From Rickettsiales bacterium (lineage in GTDB: Bacteria > Pseudomonadota > Alphaproteobacteria > Rickettsiales > RGZB01): 64,000 nucleotides of DNA. The first letter of the stretch is position 1. Each line of letters opens with the position of its first letter. The notes beneath the pieces are model-generated. The model saw only the letters and a program-made list of their open reading frames with translations, did not search any database and was not told the DNA's origin. The stretch spans positions 416,562 to 480,561 of the forward strand of contig JBIKVZ010000001.1 in the NCBI GenBank assembly GCA_044356525.1. Direction: 5' to 3'. A program made the position numbers and the translations under genes. Of the stretch, positions 37,813-47,231 are shown in pieces.

Positions 37813-39720
37813 TTATGACTGTCTAAAAAGCTGTACATTCAGCTTTTTATCATCTGCGCTTATGCCATAGCTTTCATCATCAATTTCACTTAATGGCACA
37901 TAAAGCATATTTTTATCCAACACCTCCATTAGGAAGCGCTTTTGCTCATCCAAACTTAGGGCAGAAAAATCGGAGGTGGCTTTGTTGATGGCCGTAGGGT
38001 CAATCCTATAACTTAGGAAAGCCTTTTCCTGCATTGTCTGCCAAATTTCAGTTAGCTCCACCGTATCCTTGGCACCTTCAATCTGCTCAGAAAAATATTC
38101 GTTAGCTTTAGATATTTCTGCATAAACAAAGGAGCCCTTGCCCATATTCTCAATGACTTTATGCACCCGCTTCGCAGTGAGTGTTTCCACATAGTACATT
38201 TGCTCGCATAGGATAAATTTACGATTACCCTCATCATCATTATTAAGTTCTAGAACTGCATGAGCAGTAGTGCCGCTTCCGGCAAAAAAGTCTAAAATGA
38301 GGGCCTCTTTTTTATTGCCAACCACCGCATACAGACAATCATAAACATTCCAAAGAGATTTTGGAAAATCAAATTTACAATCTGGGACGAGGGCTTTGAC
38401 GATTTGTGTGCCATATTTATTAGCATCATAACGGGTATCCTGCCAGACAGTCCGGTAAGTGCCAAAATCCTTCCCCATCTCAATTTCGTAACCTTTCTTT
38501 GTCTTTTTCGCTCGCAAAAGGTGTTGAATCTCCTCAACGCTCTGTCGAGCATAGCGCCATTTGCGCTCCACTCCTTTTGTATCAATTGGGTAAATATAGT
38601 ATTTATTATCTTGGCATTCGGTCTGTTGTGGATGAATAGACAGGTCATCAACAACGTCTCCAAAACCAACAACGTCTCCATTCTCTACAACTATGGAGTA
38701 AAAACAGTTCTTAGCTGTTGTGCGCTCGGACTCACCACCCCAATTTCTAAAATTAGCCCACTCAGTATCATCAATTTTTCTATCACATATGACCTTCTTG
38801 CCTTTTGGGAAAACAAAGAAGGCGTACTCATGGGTATATGAAAAATTTGTTCCCTGAGCCCCTCTGGGATTGTGAACAATGGTTATACAGTGGGTTTCAC
38901 AGCCGACAAAAACCTCTTCAAGAAGAACGCCAAGATAAAGAAATTCATTCTTATCAATGGCCACAATCATTGCGCCATCAGGCTTTAGCAACTTTCTTGA
39001 TGCCTCAAGGCGATTCCGCATAAACGTTAGCCACGATGAGCGATTGAAAGTGTTGTTGTAACAAAAAGTATTGTTTGGACTTTCGGGATTATATGGCGGG
39101 TCAATGTAGATTAAATCTACCCTTCCAGCATAAGCTCGCTTGAGTGTATGCAGTGCCAGCAAGTTATTTCCCTTGATGACAAGGTTATCATCCTTGGTGA
39201 CTGTTGTTACCTTCTGCACACCATTCTTGTCATATCGTTTGAAATTTGTTAGCGCCTTAGGGGTAAGGAGTCGGTCGATTTGGTCAGGGGCAAGGGTTTC
39301 ATTATAAAAAACCTCGTTACGCTTGGCCTCTTCCTTGGTTTGCCCACCTTCCAGCACACAGTCTTTATAAGGCCACGCTAGAACTATCTCCTTGCTATCG
39401 GTAAGGTATGTGGAGTCAGTTATTAGGCCAATTTTGTTTTTGAAAGCGGTGTAGCTGTCCGGCAGAAATGCCTTATTACTCACAAATTGTTGAAATTTGA
39501 TTTTGTCAAAAACTTTCACCCCAGCTACCTCGGCAAAAAAATGCTTACTAATGGCCGAGTGAGAAAGAAGTAGTTTGAGAAGGTTGGCATCAAGCGCAAG
39601 CCCCAACTCAATCACCTTATTTTTGAGCAGTTGCCCCTCTACCGTCAGGCGGTCATCTTTTGAAAGGAGGACTTTTAGGTCATTTAGTAGGTTTTGCTGC
39701 ATAGGTCTTCTCAAAAACAT
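37813..39720 (-). CDS. mod: Type III R-M DNA methyltransferase, Mod subunit (N6-adenine type)
   Basis: Motif IV IYIDPPYN, motif I ILDFFAGSGTTAHAV, with a variable middle (TRD). Confidence 0.88.
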   Translation of the reverse strand: MFLRRPMQQNLLNDLKVLLSKDDRLTVEGQLLKNKVIELGLALDANLLKLLLSHSAISKHFFAEVAGVKVFDKIKFQQFVSNKAFLPDSYTAFKNKIGLITDSTYLTDSKEIVLAWPYKDCVLEGGQTKEEAKRNEVFYNETLAPDQIDRLLTPKALTNFKRYDKNGVQKVTTVTKDDNLVIKGNNLLALHTLKRAYAGRVDLIYIDPPYNPESPNNTFCYNNTFNRSSWLTFMRNRLEASRKLLKPDGAMIVAIDKNEFLYLGVLLEEVFVGCETHCITIVHNPRGAQGTNFSYTHEYAFFVFPKGKKVICDRKIDDTEWANFRNWGGESERTTAKNCFYSIVVENGDVVGFGDVVDDLSIHPQQTECQDNKYYIYPIDTKGVERKWRYARQSVEEIQHLLRAKKTKKGYEIEMGKDFGTYRTVWQDTRYDANKYGTQIVKALVPDCKFDFPKSLWNVYDCLYAVVGNKKEALILDFFAGSGTTAHAVLELNNDDEGNRKFILCEQMYYVETLTAKRVHKVIENMGKGSFVYAEISKANEYFSEQIEGAKDTVELTEIWQTMQEKAFLSYRIDPTAINKATSDFSALSLDEQKRFLMEVLDKNMLYVPLSEIDDESYGISADDKKLNVQLFRQS

Positions 39721-39754
39721 TAATTACCCCGCAAACATAGTCAGCTAAGCCGTA

Positions 39755-40843
39755 TTAGACAAGTTTGGATTGTATCAGCCTTATAGCTGCCTGTAAGTCT
39801 GCCTTGTCTGGGGTATTTTCTGTTATTTTTAACCCCTTTAGAACCTCGCCTTGCTTATAGGGGTCTATGTTGCCGTAGCTGGTGAAGGTGGTAAGCACGT
39901 TTTCATGGCCTAAATTCTGACTCCATGCCTTGAATTGTTCTGGCGTGGTACAATAACGCTCTGCTACATGTGCAAGCGTATGCCGGAATGAATGGGGGTT
40001 AAAATAAGGCAACCCCGCCGCTTGGAAAGCATCTTTAAAGGTTTGCCGGATAGGCGTGGCTGTTCCCCAAAATTCCTTACTCAGCCCATTGGCTGTAAAA
40101 GTATAAGTATCGTCCAGCACCACCTTGGTTTTGGGGAATAGGGGGTCATTCGGGCTGAACAGCTTTTCTTTTGTAAGGTATTCAAGCCACCCAACCACGA
40201 TGTCCTTAAAATCATCCCCCACGGGAAAGAAATAGGTGATAATTGTTTTGCTGAATTTAGTTTTCACTTCATCGGGGTACTGCTTCACCAGTTCTTTTTG
40301 AATATCCACATGCTTTAACCGCAAAGAGGTAATGGCACTATCTCGCATTCCTGTAAGAATGGTAAATGCTACCAAGGCACGGTTGCGTTTTTCTATATCG
40401 CTGGTGGTGGGCATTCTTTCCACTGCCGTGCGTATTTGCTCAAGGGAAGGGTAATCCCTTAGCTTCTTGCTCTTTGCAGTCCGCACCTCCTTTTCGGAAA
40501 GATTGAAGTATTCAATATCGGGAATGTGGATTCTTGATTTATAGCCATCCTGATAATAAAGCCATTTAAGAAAGGCTTGCAGGTGGTTCATGGTAGATAG
40601 AACGGTAGCTCTGCTGAGTGGTGCGCCGGATTGCAGGGCTTTCTGCTGGGTGAGGTGCTTTTTAAAGCCTATGGCCTGTTCTTTGTTGAAGGTGGCAAAA
40701 TCCTTAAAGCAATTGTAGCTCTCAAAGCGCAGGATGGACTTTCTGATGCCATCAATGGTGCTTTCAGCCTTCCTGTCTGCTTCCCTCAAAAACTTATAAT
40801 ACTCCCGCTTGATACGTTCATTTTTAGGGTTGTATTTTTTCAT
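39755..40843 (-). CDS. tyrosine site-specific recombinase (second integrase of the island)
   Basis: Catalytic region MRDSAITSLRL, HSFRHTLAH, LGHENVLTTFTSYG (R..HxxR..H..Y). Confidence 0.85.
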   Translation of the reverse strand: MKKYNPKNERIKREYYKFLREADRKAESTIDGIRKSILRFESYNCFKDFATFNKEQAIGFKKHLTQQKALQSGAPLSRATVLSTMNHLQAFLKWLYYQDGYKSRIHIPDIEYFNLSEKEVRTAKSKKLRDYPSLEQIRTAVERMPTTSDIEKRNRALVAFTILTGMRDSAITSLRLKHVDIQKELVKQYPDEVKTKFSKTIITYFFPVGDDFKDIVVGWLEYLTKEKLFSPNDPLFPKTKVVLDDTYTFTANGLSKEFWGTATPIRQTFKDAFQAAGLPYFNPHSFRHTLAHVAERYCTTPEQFKAWSQNLGHENVLTTFTSYGNIDPYKQGEVLKGLKITENTPDKADLQAAIRLIQSKLV

Positions 40844-41328
40844 GCTTCATTCGCTCCTTCTATTTCACACTTAACGGGGGGATACTCACGCTCTATTAAG
40901 TGCTCGCCTTGTATCGTCTGCACAGAGAAGGTTTTTGCGTATTCCTCAAGTTTCTTAATAGAGCCCACCTTGTTCATCGGCGTGGTGCACACTGCGCACA
41001 AGGCATGGATATTTAGCTGCTTTCTGTTCCTGATTATAAGGTCGGCCTGCCCCTCCCATGCGGGCTGAGGCTTCCGGCACTTGCAGCAATAAAGCTCGGT
41101 TTCTTTGCAGGTGTATTTGCGCTTAGACTGGCGCAATTTTAAGAAAGCAATCAGTTCACTTCCATGCACCATTTGAGGTTTTAGGCCATCAATGCAGGAC
41201 AAGCCTACTTTTGTCCATCGGTGGACGGCGTTTACATGAACACTTAACCGCTCTGCTATTTCTTGAACGGTATAGCTCAGTTCACACTTAATAAGTCGCG
41301 TGTTGTACGTGCGCTTTTTACGCTTCAC
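40840..41328 (-). CDS. HTH DNA-binding protein with C-terminal Cys-rich (zinc-ribbon-like) region
   Basis: YTVQEIAERLSVHVNAVHRWTKVGL is an HTH. CCKCRKP...CAVCTTP follows. The stop overlaps the recombinase start (ATGA). Confidence 0.55.
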   Translation of the reverse strand: MKRKKRTYNTRLIKCELSYTVQEIAERLSVHVNAVHRWTKVGLSCIDGLKPQMVHGSELIAFLKLRQSKRKYTCKETELYCCKCRKPQPAWEGQADLIIRNRKQLNIHALCAVCTTPMNKVGSIKKLEEYAKTFSVQTIQGEHLIEREYPPVKCEIEGANEA

Positions 41329-41342
41329 TCTACCATCCCGCC

Positions 41343-41552
41343 TTATTCAGTTTTGGCAGTAGGGAAGTTTTCAATAATCGCTTTTATTTCTTCAACGCGC
41401 CATGCCGTGATGCGTTCACCTAGTTTTACGGGTTTGGGGAAGCGCCCAGACTTAACACCAACCCACCAAGTGGATTTTCCCACAGGGATGATTTTTAGGA
41501 TGGTGGAAAGTCTTACAAAGCCGGTTTCAGGAAGAAGGAGATTCTCTGGCAT
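41343..41552 (-). CDS. alpA: AlpA-family transcriptional regulator / excisionase
   Basis: 69 aa. FVRLSTILKIIPVGKSTWWVGVKSGRFPKPVKLGERITAWRVEEI is the AlpA/Phage_AlpA pattern. Confidence 0.8.
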   Translation of the reverse strand: MPENLLLPETGFVRLSTILKIIPVGKSTWWVGVKSGRFPKPVKLGERITAWRVEEIKAIIENFPTAKTE

Positions 41553-41711
41553 TCTTACTACTCCATTAAATTACAAAACAGTCCCCTGCCATTTGGCAGA
41601 GGCCACTTCTGTACTAAGGAAGCCGTTGGGTGGAAGCGAGTGAAATGGAGTCAGAAAAGAACAAAATCAAGTCAGCAAGTAAGTCAGTAAACCAGCAACC
41701 CCAATTTCTGA

Positions 41712-42677
41712 CTATTTGCGGGAAAATTTTTTATGGAAAGGGCTGAGCTTCTGCAAAACCGTGCTTCTTCCAGGCTCAAACCCCCATTGTGTTAAACACC
41801 ACCCCTGCATTTCTAGCACGAAAGCCTCCAATTTTTCTGGATACGTTTCGTTTTTTATTCTTTCGGAAACTTCAAGGTAGAAACTATCCCAATCCCACGA
41901 TGGCCGCCCCCGATTTTTCGTAAGAACTGTTTTGGGTGCATCGTGACTTAGAACATATTGCCCCTGAATCAGTAATACATTTTTTGTTTGTTCGGCGGCG
42001 GGGATAGGGAAAATACTAAAAAGTTCTTCCGTGTGTACGTAGATGTGTATGTAGTGCTTATCTTCAGATTCCGCTGCACTTGAAGACCAGTGTATTTGGT
42101 CAATTCGCCAGAATTTTTCAGGTATTTCTTCATACTCTAAATCACTCCAATTCCAAGAGCTTTTTTTATCAAGCTGCTTTATGGATTTTTCTACAGAAAG
42201 GTGTGGCAGACGCCTCCCAAAAGCTTTGAGCCTACCTTCACGGAGAGCTAAGAATATTTTACTGATGGGCACTTCGGTATAAGCATTAAATTGCTCTTCC
42301 CAAATAGCAATTTTCTCTTCTTGAATCTTCGCTTCCTCCAGTTGTATTCTTAGTTTTTTCTTTTCACTTTCTTCTATATCGTAACTAAGAATCTTTTCTA
42401 TTGTTTCAACAGAAGGCTGATATTCGTCGTTTATTAGGGCTTCATATTCTGGATTGGGGGGAAGACCTACACTCGCGCACTCTTCCGTTGTGATGTACAT
42501 GTTCTCCCAAGGAATTTCGCCTTCATATGTTTGGTCATCTTTTTTGTTATCAAACCTAAAATCCACTCCATTTTCAGTGTAGGATAGAAGCGGGAAACGG
42601 TTAAATCCCACCCAAAGAAGTGCTTCATAAAGAAAGCACCTATCTGAAACATCAACGGGCTGAAGAATTGTAACCAT
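41712..42677 (-). CDS. hypothetical protein (321 aa)
   Basis: Track ORF between AlpA and the integrase. No recognisable motif. Confidence 0.5.
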   Translation of the reverse strand: MVTILQPVDVSDRCFLYEALLWVGFNRFPLLSYTENGVDFRFDNKKDDQTYEGEIPWENMYITTEECASVGLPPNPEYEALINDEYQPSVETIEKILSYDIEESEKKKLRIQLEEAKIQEEKIAIWEEQFNAYTEVPISKIFLALREGRLKAFGRRLPHLSVEKSIKQLDKKSSWNWSDLEYEEIPEKFWRIDQIHWSSSAAESEDKHYIHIYVHTEELFSIFPIPAAEQTKNVLLIQGQYVLSHDAPKTVLTKNRGRPSWDWDSFYLEVSERIKNETYPEKLEAFVLEMQGWCLTQWGFEPGRSTVLQKLSPFHKKFSRK

Positions 42678-42683
42678 GCTGCT

Positions 42684-43907
42684 CTAAGCCCCCTTTTTAC
42701 TATTTACAGAAAGGCTATAGATAGACCTATTGGCTTTGTTTGCGTTGTCTAAATAATCTGCCCACCACTGCATCATTTTCCGGCGTTCGGGTAGGTATTG
42801 GGCGTGGTTATAGGCTGCACGGACTTTGTTGCGCTCCATGTGTGCAAGTTGGCGTTCAATCACATCGGGGGCAAAGCCGTTTTCGTTAAGGATGGTGGAG
42901 GCGGTTGCGCGGAAGCCATGCCCTGTGGTGCGGCTATGATAACCCATGCGGTAAATTGCATAGAGCATGGTATTTTCGCTGATAAAGGTAATAGGCTTAT
43001 GCTCATTCGGGAAAACATGCTCTCTATTGCCGCTATGTTTTTGCTGCTCTTTCAAAAGGGTGATTGCTTGCTTGGAAAGAGGAACGATATGCGGGTCTTT
43101 CATCTTCATGCGTGAAGCAGGGATACGCCACTCAGCCTTTTCAAAGTTTATTTCCTGCCACGTTGCGCCGCGCAGTTCTGTGGTGCGGACAAAGGTAAGT
43201 ATCAAAAGCCTTAAAGCCCGTTTTGTTTGAGGTGTCCCATCATAAGCCTCCAGCTTTTGTAGAAATTCTGGCAACTCGTTTGGTTTCAGGTGGGCGTGAT
43301 GTTTTCTATTAGGGGTTTTTAGTGCGCCGCGCAGGTCTGTAACGGGGTTACGTTCCGCTCTTCCTGTAGCAATCGCATAGGCATAGATACGCCTACAATA
43401 CTGTGCAATGGTTTGCGTTAAATCTAATGCGCCTCGCTTTTCAACGATTTTTAAAACGGAAAGCACCTCAGGCGCATTAATTTCTGCAATGGGGCGCTTA
43501 CCTAGCTTTGGGAAAATATCAGCTTCCAGCCGCTTAATTACAGCATCGCCATGCTTCTTGCTCCAAGTGTGTAAATTAGTTTCATGCCATTCGCGGGCAA
43601 TGGCCTCAAAGGTATTCTCGCTATTTAGCAGGGCAATGCGCTTGGCTTCTTGCTTTTTCTGGGAAGGGTCAATGCCTTGAGAGATTGCCTTTCGTGCATT
43701 TGTCCGCCTCTCGCGTGCTGCTGCAAGGCTTGTTTCTGGGTAAACGCCAATGGCTAAGCGCTTTTCTTTTCCAGCGATGCGGTATTTGAGCCGCCAGTAT
43801 TTTCTGCCATTGGGCATTACCTCAAGATATAGCCCGCTACCGTCTGAGAGCTTGCGGGGCTTAGGAGAGGGCTTGGCATTCCTGCAAATAACGTCTGTAA
43901 GTTTCAT
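42684..43907 (-). CDS. int: P4-type tyrosine integrase
   Basis: MKLTDVICRNAKP..LSDGSGLYLEV..GRKYWRLKYR (DUF4102-type N-terminus), TFVRTTELR, HGFRATAST, AAYNHAQY. Start set at ATG 43907 rather than track 43949, which would cover the TGCCCCCA repeats. Confidence 0.9.
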   Translation of the reverse strand: MKLTDVICRNAKPSPKPRKLSDGSGLYLEVMPNGRKYWRLKYRIAGKEKRLAIGVYPETSLAAARERRTNARKAISQGIDPSQKKQEAKRIALLNSENTFEAIAREWHETNLHTWSKKHGDAVIKRLEADIFPKLGKRPIAEINAPEVLSVLKIVEKRGALDLTQTIAQYCRRIYAYAIATGRAERNPVTDLRGALKTPNRKHHAHLKPNELPEFLQKLEAYDGTPQTKRALRLLILTFVRTTELRGATWQEINFEKAEWRIPASRMKMKDPHIVPLSKQAITLLKEQQKHSGNREHVFPNEHKPITFISENTMLYAIYRMGYHSRTTGHGFRATASTILNENGFAPDVIERQLAHMERNKVRAAYNHAQYLPERRKMMQWWADYLDNANKANRSIYSLSVNSKKGA

Positions 43908-44075
43908 TTTGGGGGCATTTTTCCCTAGCTGCAAAAAAGATGCCCCCATTTATGCCCCCAAATGGAGGTACATGTCAACACACGGGAACGGACGGGAGTG
44001 GCCAGTGCATATCTCTATGACTGGCTATTTGCCTATGTTTTTATGGATTTTATTGGACGGAGTGGAATGAAGAGT

Positions 44076-44149
44076 TGGCTGGGAGACTAGGACTCGAACC
44101 TAGATAAACAGAGTCAGAGTCTGTTGTCCTACCATTAGACGATCTCCCA
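44076..44149 (-). tRNA. tRNA-Gln(CUG)
   Basis: Reverse complement TGGGAGATCGTCTAATGGTAGGACAACAGACTCTGACTCTGTTTATCTAGGTTCGAGTCCTAGTCTCCCAGCCA. It forms a cloverleaf with anticodon loop CTCTGAC. Confidence 0.9.
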
Positions 44150-44264
44150 ACAGAAAGGCAAAATTGCGGCATTAGCACGCAAGGAGCCGCTTTTATAAAA
44201 TAAGCTGCTCAACTTGTCTATATCTAAGGTATTCCTCGGAATCATGAAACCAGGTCAGATTTGT

Positions 44265-44293
44265 AGCACCAGTGTAGCACTGGTGCTTTTTTT
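44265..44293 (+). terminator. hairpin plus T-run between the two tRNA genes
   Basis: AGCACCAGTG-tag-CACTGGTGCT then T7. It is nested in a longer inverted repeat AGATTTGTAG...CTACAAATCT. Confidence 0.5.
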
Positions 44294-44328
44294 AAAAACT
44301 ACAAATCTTCTGAAACTGGCGGTTTTCT

Positions 44329-44405
<77 letters not shown>

Positions 44406-44673
44406 ACAAGAAACAGGGGGAATGTTAAAAACCCCTCAAGAATCAGGCTCGTGTCTATATCACGCTTGAATGAATAAGCAAATCTTTTATTCTCCGCAGG
44501 GCCGCGCAAAACCAAGGCGGCAAACGCTATATGCCATGGTCTGTGGGCCGCCCCCCTTTTTCACACCGATGCGCCTTAAAAGATGCGCAAAAAAGCCCCC
44601 CCCAACGGGCCTGATTCCATTAATCATTTGTTAATCTAAATGGCGTAAAATCAGTGCGATAAGGGTTTTCCGC

Positions 44674-46014
44674 ATGCGCCAAACACGCTACCACGACTTA
44701 CCGTTTCACGACCTGCCTGCGGGGGAATATCGCGCCGAGGTGCGCCTGCCCGCGCTCGAAATCACGCGTGAAAACATGCGTTACGTTAAAGAAAAATTTG
44801 GCATCACCTTCACTGCGGGGGCAGATGTTGAGGGCTATGCGGTGGATGCAAGCGGCGTTTCAACAGAAAAGATGCTGGACATGACGCATCTCTATGAAGG
44901 CCATGAAAAAAGCATCGCCCATCGCTATTTTGGGTCCTATGGCTCGCGGCCCTATTTTGCGAAAATCGATAAAGAGGCGGGTCAAGGGCAATATGAAGTT
45001 TCCACCCAGATGCACCCGCCGGATTTCATCGCCATGTTGTTTGCCGCCATCCGGCTGATTGCCACGCGTGATGCCAAAAAATATGGTGTCGATTACATCG
45101 ATTTTGGCGACAAGCCTTTTCCGTCGGAAGGTGGGGATGGCACCATCGGCAAAAACGAACGTGCGGGCAATGCAGGGCACGTTCATATCGGCGCGGTGGA
45201 CGAACTGGGGAATAATATTTTCAACTGCGCAGAAAAATATAGCTACCATCCGCTGGCCTACCACGTGGCAAACACCATGCTACCTTTGCTGCGCGACGCC
45301 ACGCTGATTTTTGGTGCCACCGAAGCCTCGTATGACCGCTTTAAAGGCATCATGAATAATCCTGAAACCATTGCCTTCGGGAGCGAGAAGAAAAAGGGCA
45401 CGGCGCTACGCATCACCTATGGCGAGGGGCCGCATTTTGAGGTGCGTTATGGCGGCGCCTCGATGGACCCTTACCTCGCCATGGCGGTGATTACATCGGC
45501 CTTCCGGCAGGCGCTCGACGAACATGTGAAGGTAGAGGTGCGGCCCACGCCGCCGCCACCGCCACCAAAACCGCCTGAGCTGGACTGGATAGAAAAGCTT
45601 GCGCTGCTGCACCCCGCGGCTGAAAAAATATTAACGTGGACGGGGCTGGTGAATAGTTTTGAAATGAATTTGATTAGAAATCCAACACCGCCACCCGTGG
45701 CAGAAAAGCCGGAAACATACCGCCATCTTGTCACGCCACAGGCGATTATTCCGGCAACCGAAATGGCGCGTTTTCCAATCCCCAATTCGCTGGCGGAAGC
45801 GCAGCAGATTTTCCGCGACAGCGAACCGATGCAGCAGATGCTCGGTAAACTACACGGGTTTGTTCTGGAGTATTACGCCAACACGTGTGGGCGCACCAAA
45901 GAGGCGGAAGCTCCGCCGCGTGACGCGCCGACACCGCGCATGCCACCGCCCGCCGCCGACTGGTCCACGGAAGCAAAGCCCGCACTCAAACCTAAAAGCG
46001 GCTGGGAGATTTAG
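44674..46014 (+). CDS. divergent glutamine synthetase-like protein with Pro-rich C-terminal region
   Basis: NAGHVHIGAVD (GS GxGxHxH-like), RITYGEGPHFEVRYGGASMDPYLAMAVITSAF (GS E-x-R...NPYL-like), then PTPPPPPPKPPE and NPTPPPVAEKPE. Confidence 0.55.
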   Translation: MRQTRYHDLPFHDLPAGEYRAEVRLPALEITRENMRYVKEKFGITFTAGADVEGYAVDASGVSTEKMLDMTHLYEGHEKSIAHRYFGSYGSRPYFAKIDKEAGQGQYEVSTQMHPPDFIAMLFAAIRLIATRDAKKYGVDYIDFGDKPFPSEGGDGTIGKNERAGNAGHVHIGAVDELGNNIFNCAEKYSYHPLAYHVANTMLPLLRDATLIFGATEASYDRFKGIMNNPETIAFGSEKKKGTALRITYGEGPHFEVRYGGASMDPYLAMAVITSAFRQALDEHVKVEVRPTPPPPPPKPPELDWIEKLALLHPAAEKILTWTGLVNSFEMNLIRNPTPPPVAEKPETYRHLVTPQAIIPATEMARFPIPNSLAEAQQIFRDSEPMQQMLGKLHGFVLEYYANTCGRTKEAEAPPRDAPTPRMPPPAADWSTEAKPALKPKSGWEI

Positions 46015-46105
46015 TGGGGGTGGATTATCGATTTCTGGGAATCGTTATGATTTGAAGGAGCTTATTGCCAAATTCTTTAATGAAAAGAAGCTGTAAGCTT
46101 TATAA

Positions 46106-46879
46106 TTAAGCAGTTTCACCAAGTACTTCTTTTGAGCGCCGTGGTATTTGCGACTTACACAACACCAAGGCCTTTGCCGCTTCTTCAAGCATGAGTCCTA
46201 GTTCATTGGCATCGGGAAGATAGGCTATAGTTTCATATCTAGCTTTAGTGCGCGCAGCAGACAATCGATTAAGTAGCGGTGCAAGATCACCGCCTATAAT
46301 TTGGTTTTTCTTTCTCTCATTAATTTTATTTTTATGCCGTTGTGATTATATTTTACCTCTCCTGGGGTCATCAACAAAAGGCATTTGGACATTAGTTCCA
46401 CGGAGCTAAAGAGATTATCTATAAAACTTCTGTATCTGCTTTTTTGCAGATTGTTCTGAGCAGAATCATAGAATTCTTTTGCAGCTTTGTAGCATTCTGC
46501 GACATGGCCACTATTATATGTGAAATTAAAGGTGAAAACCCAAGTATTACCAGTGCGTATTAAAACAACGTGAGCATGGTTAATCTCATCCTGTGGGGGG
46601 CTTGATATCTAATACTTGTACCTCATCCGCCGAAACTAAATCGCCAGGGCCAAGATCTTGGATACGTTCTTTGGGAATTGATACCTGAAATATAGAGCTT
46701 ACCTCTTCGTTTAGTCGGACAACCAGAGGCTTTCCGTCCCCGAACATTACAACTTCGGCGGAGTTTAAAATAAAAGATTCTGTGATTTGACCAGACTGCT
46801 TACGTTTCTCAAGCTCTGGATTAATCCAGAGCTCAAAGCATTGTTCGAGGAATCTATTTACACCTTTTTGGTCGAGCAT
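46106..46879 (-). pseudogene. HEPN-like protein gene broken by two frameshifts
   Basis: The 97-aa track ORF (46586-46879) continues in another frame after a C-run (complement of 46595-46602) as ...QDEINHAHVVLIRTGNTWVF..AECYKAAKEFYDSAQNNL..SVELMSKCLLLM.... It continues again after an A-run as ...GGDLAPLLNRLSAARTKARYE..., stopping at 46106. Confidence 0.45.
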
Positions 46880-47110
46880 GTTTTTGACTTGTTATATTGG
46901 CAGTTCGAATCCCATCATTAGTTTTAGCTCAAAGGCCAAAAGAATCAAATAAGACATCAATAACTTAATTGTTATAAGAAGGGCAACGCTACGAGGATTG
47001 ATTCAGAAAACGCTAGGGCGTTTTCTTCACCCCTTCGGGGCGCGGGGCGCCCAAAAAGCCGTTGGCATTTTGTCGAACAGAGGTTCTTATCCAAGCGCCG
47101 CTCCGCCATT

Positions 47111-47137
47111 AAAAAAGCCCCACGCGGGGGCTTTTTT
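47111..47137. terminator. bidirectional terminator downstream of tRNA-Ser
   Basis: AAAAAAGCCCC-acgc-GGGGGCTTTTTT. Confidence 0.7.
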
Positions 47138-47139
47138 AA

Positions 47140-47231
47140 TGGCGGAGCGGAGAGGATTCGAACCTCCGATACGGTTTAACCCGTATAACGGTTTAGCAAA
47201 CCGCCGCCTTCGGCCACTCGGCCACCGCTCC
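47140..47231 (-). tRNA. tRNA-Ser(GCU)
   Basis: Reverse complement GGAGCGGTGGCCGAGTGGCCGAAGGCGGCGGTTTGCTAAACCGTTATACGGGTTAAACCGTATCGGAGGTTCGAATCCTCTCCGCTCCGCCA. It is class II with a long variable arm. Confidence 0.9.

Larger units (their letters stand above)
35043..44075 (-). mobile_element. P4-integrase genomic island inserted at the 3' end of tRNA-Gln(CUG)
   Basis: The integrase abuts the tRNA 3' end. An imperfect direct repeat of the tRNA 3' end lies 9 kb away. Paired TGCCCCCA motifs sit at both ends. Cargo is a Type III R-M system, a second recombinase and AlpA. Confidence 0.75.

Noticed and set aside
43750-44070. 106-aa plus-strand ORF overlapping the integrase 5' end
   Set aside because: It is antisense to a well-supported P4 integrase and runs across the att-arm repeats.
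46905-46925. GGCAGTTCGAATCCCATCA as a tRNA T-arm remnant / att site for a tRNA-Ser islet
   Set aside because: Only the generic GTTCGAATCC T-loop core matches. Its orientation is opposite to tRNA-Ser and the flanking bases do not match the tRNA 3' end.
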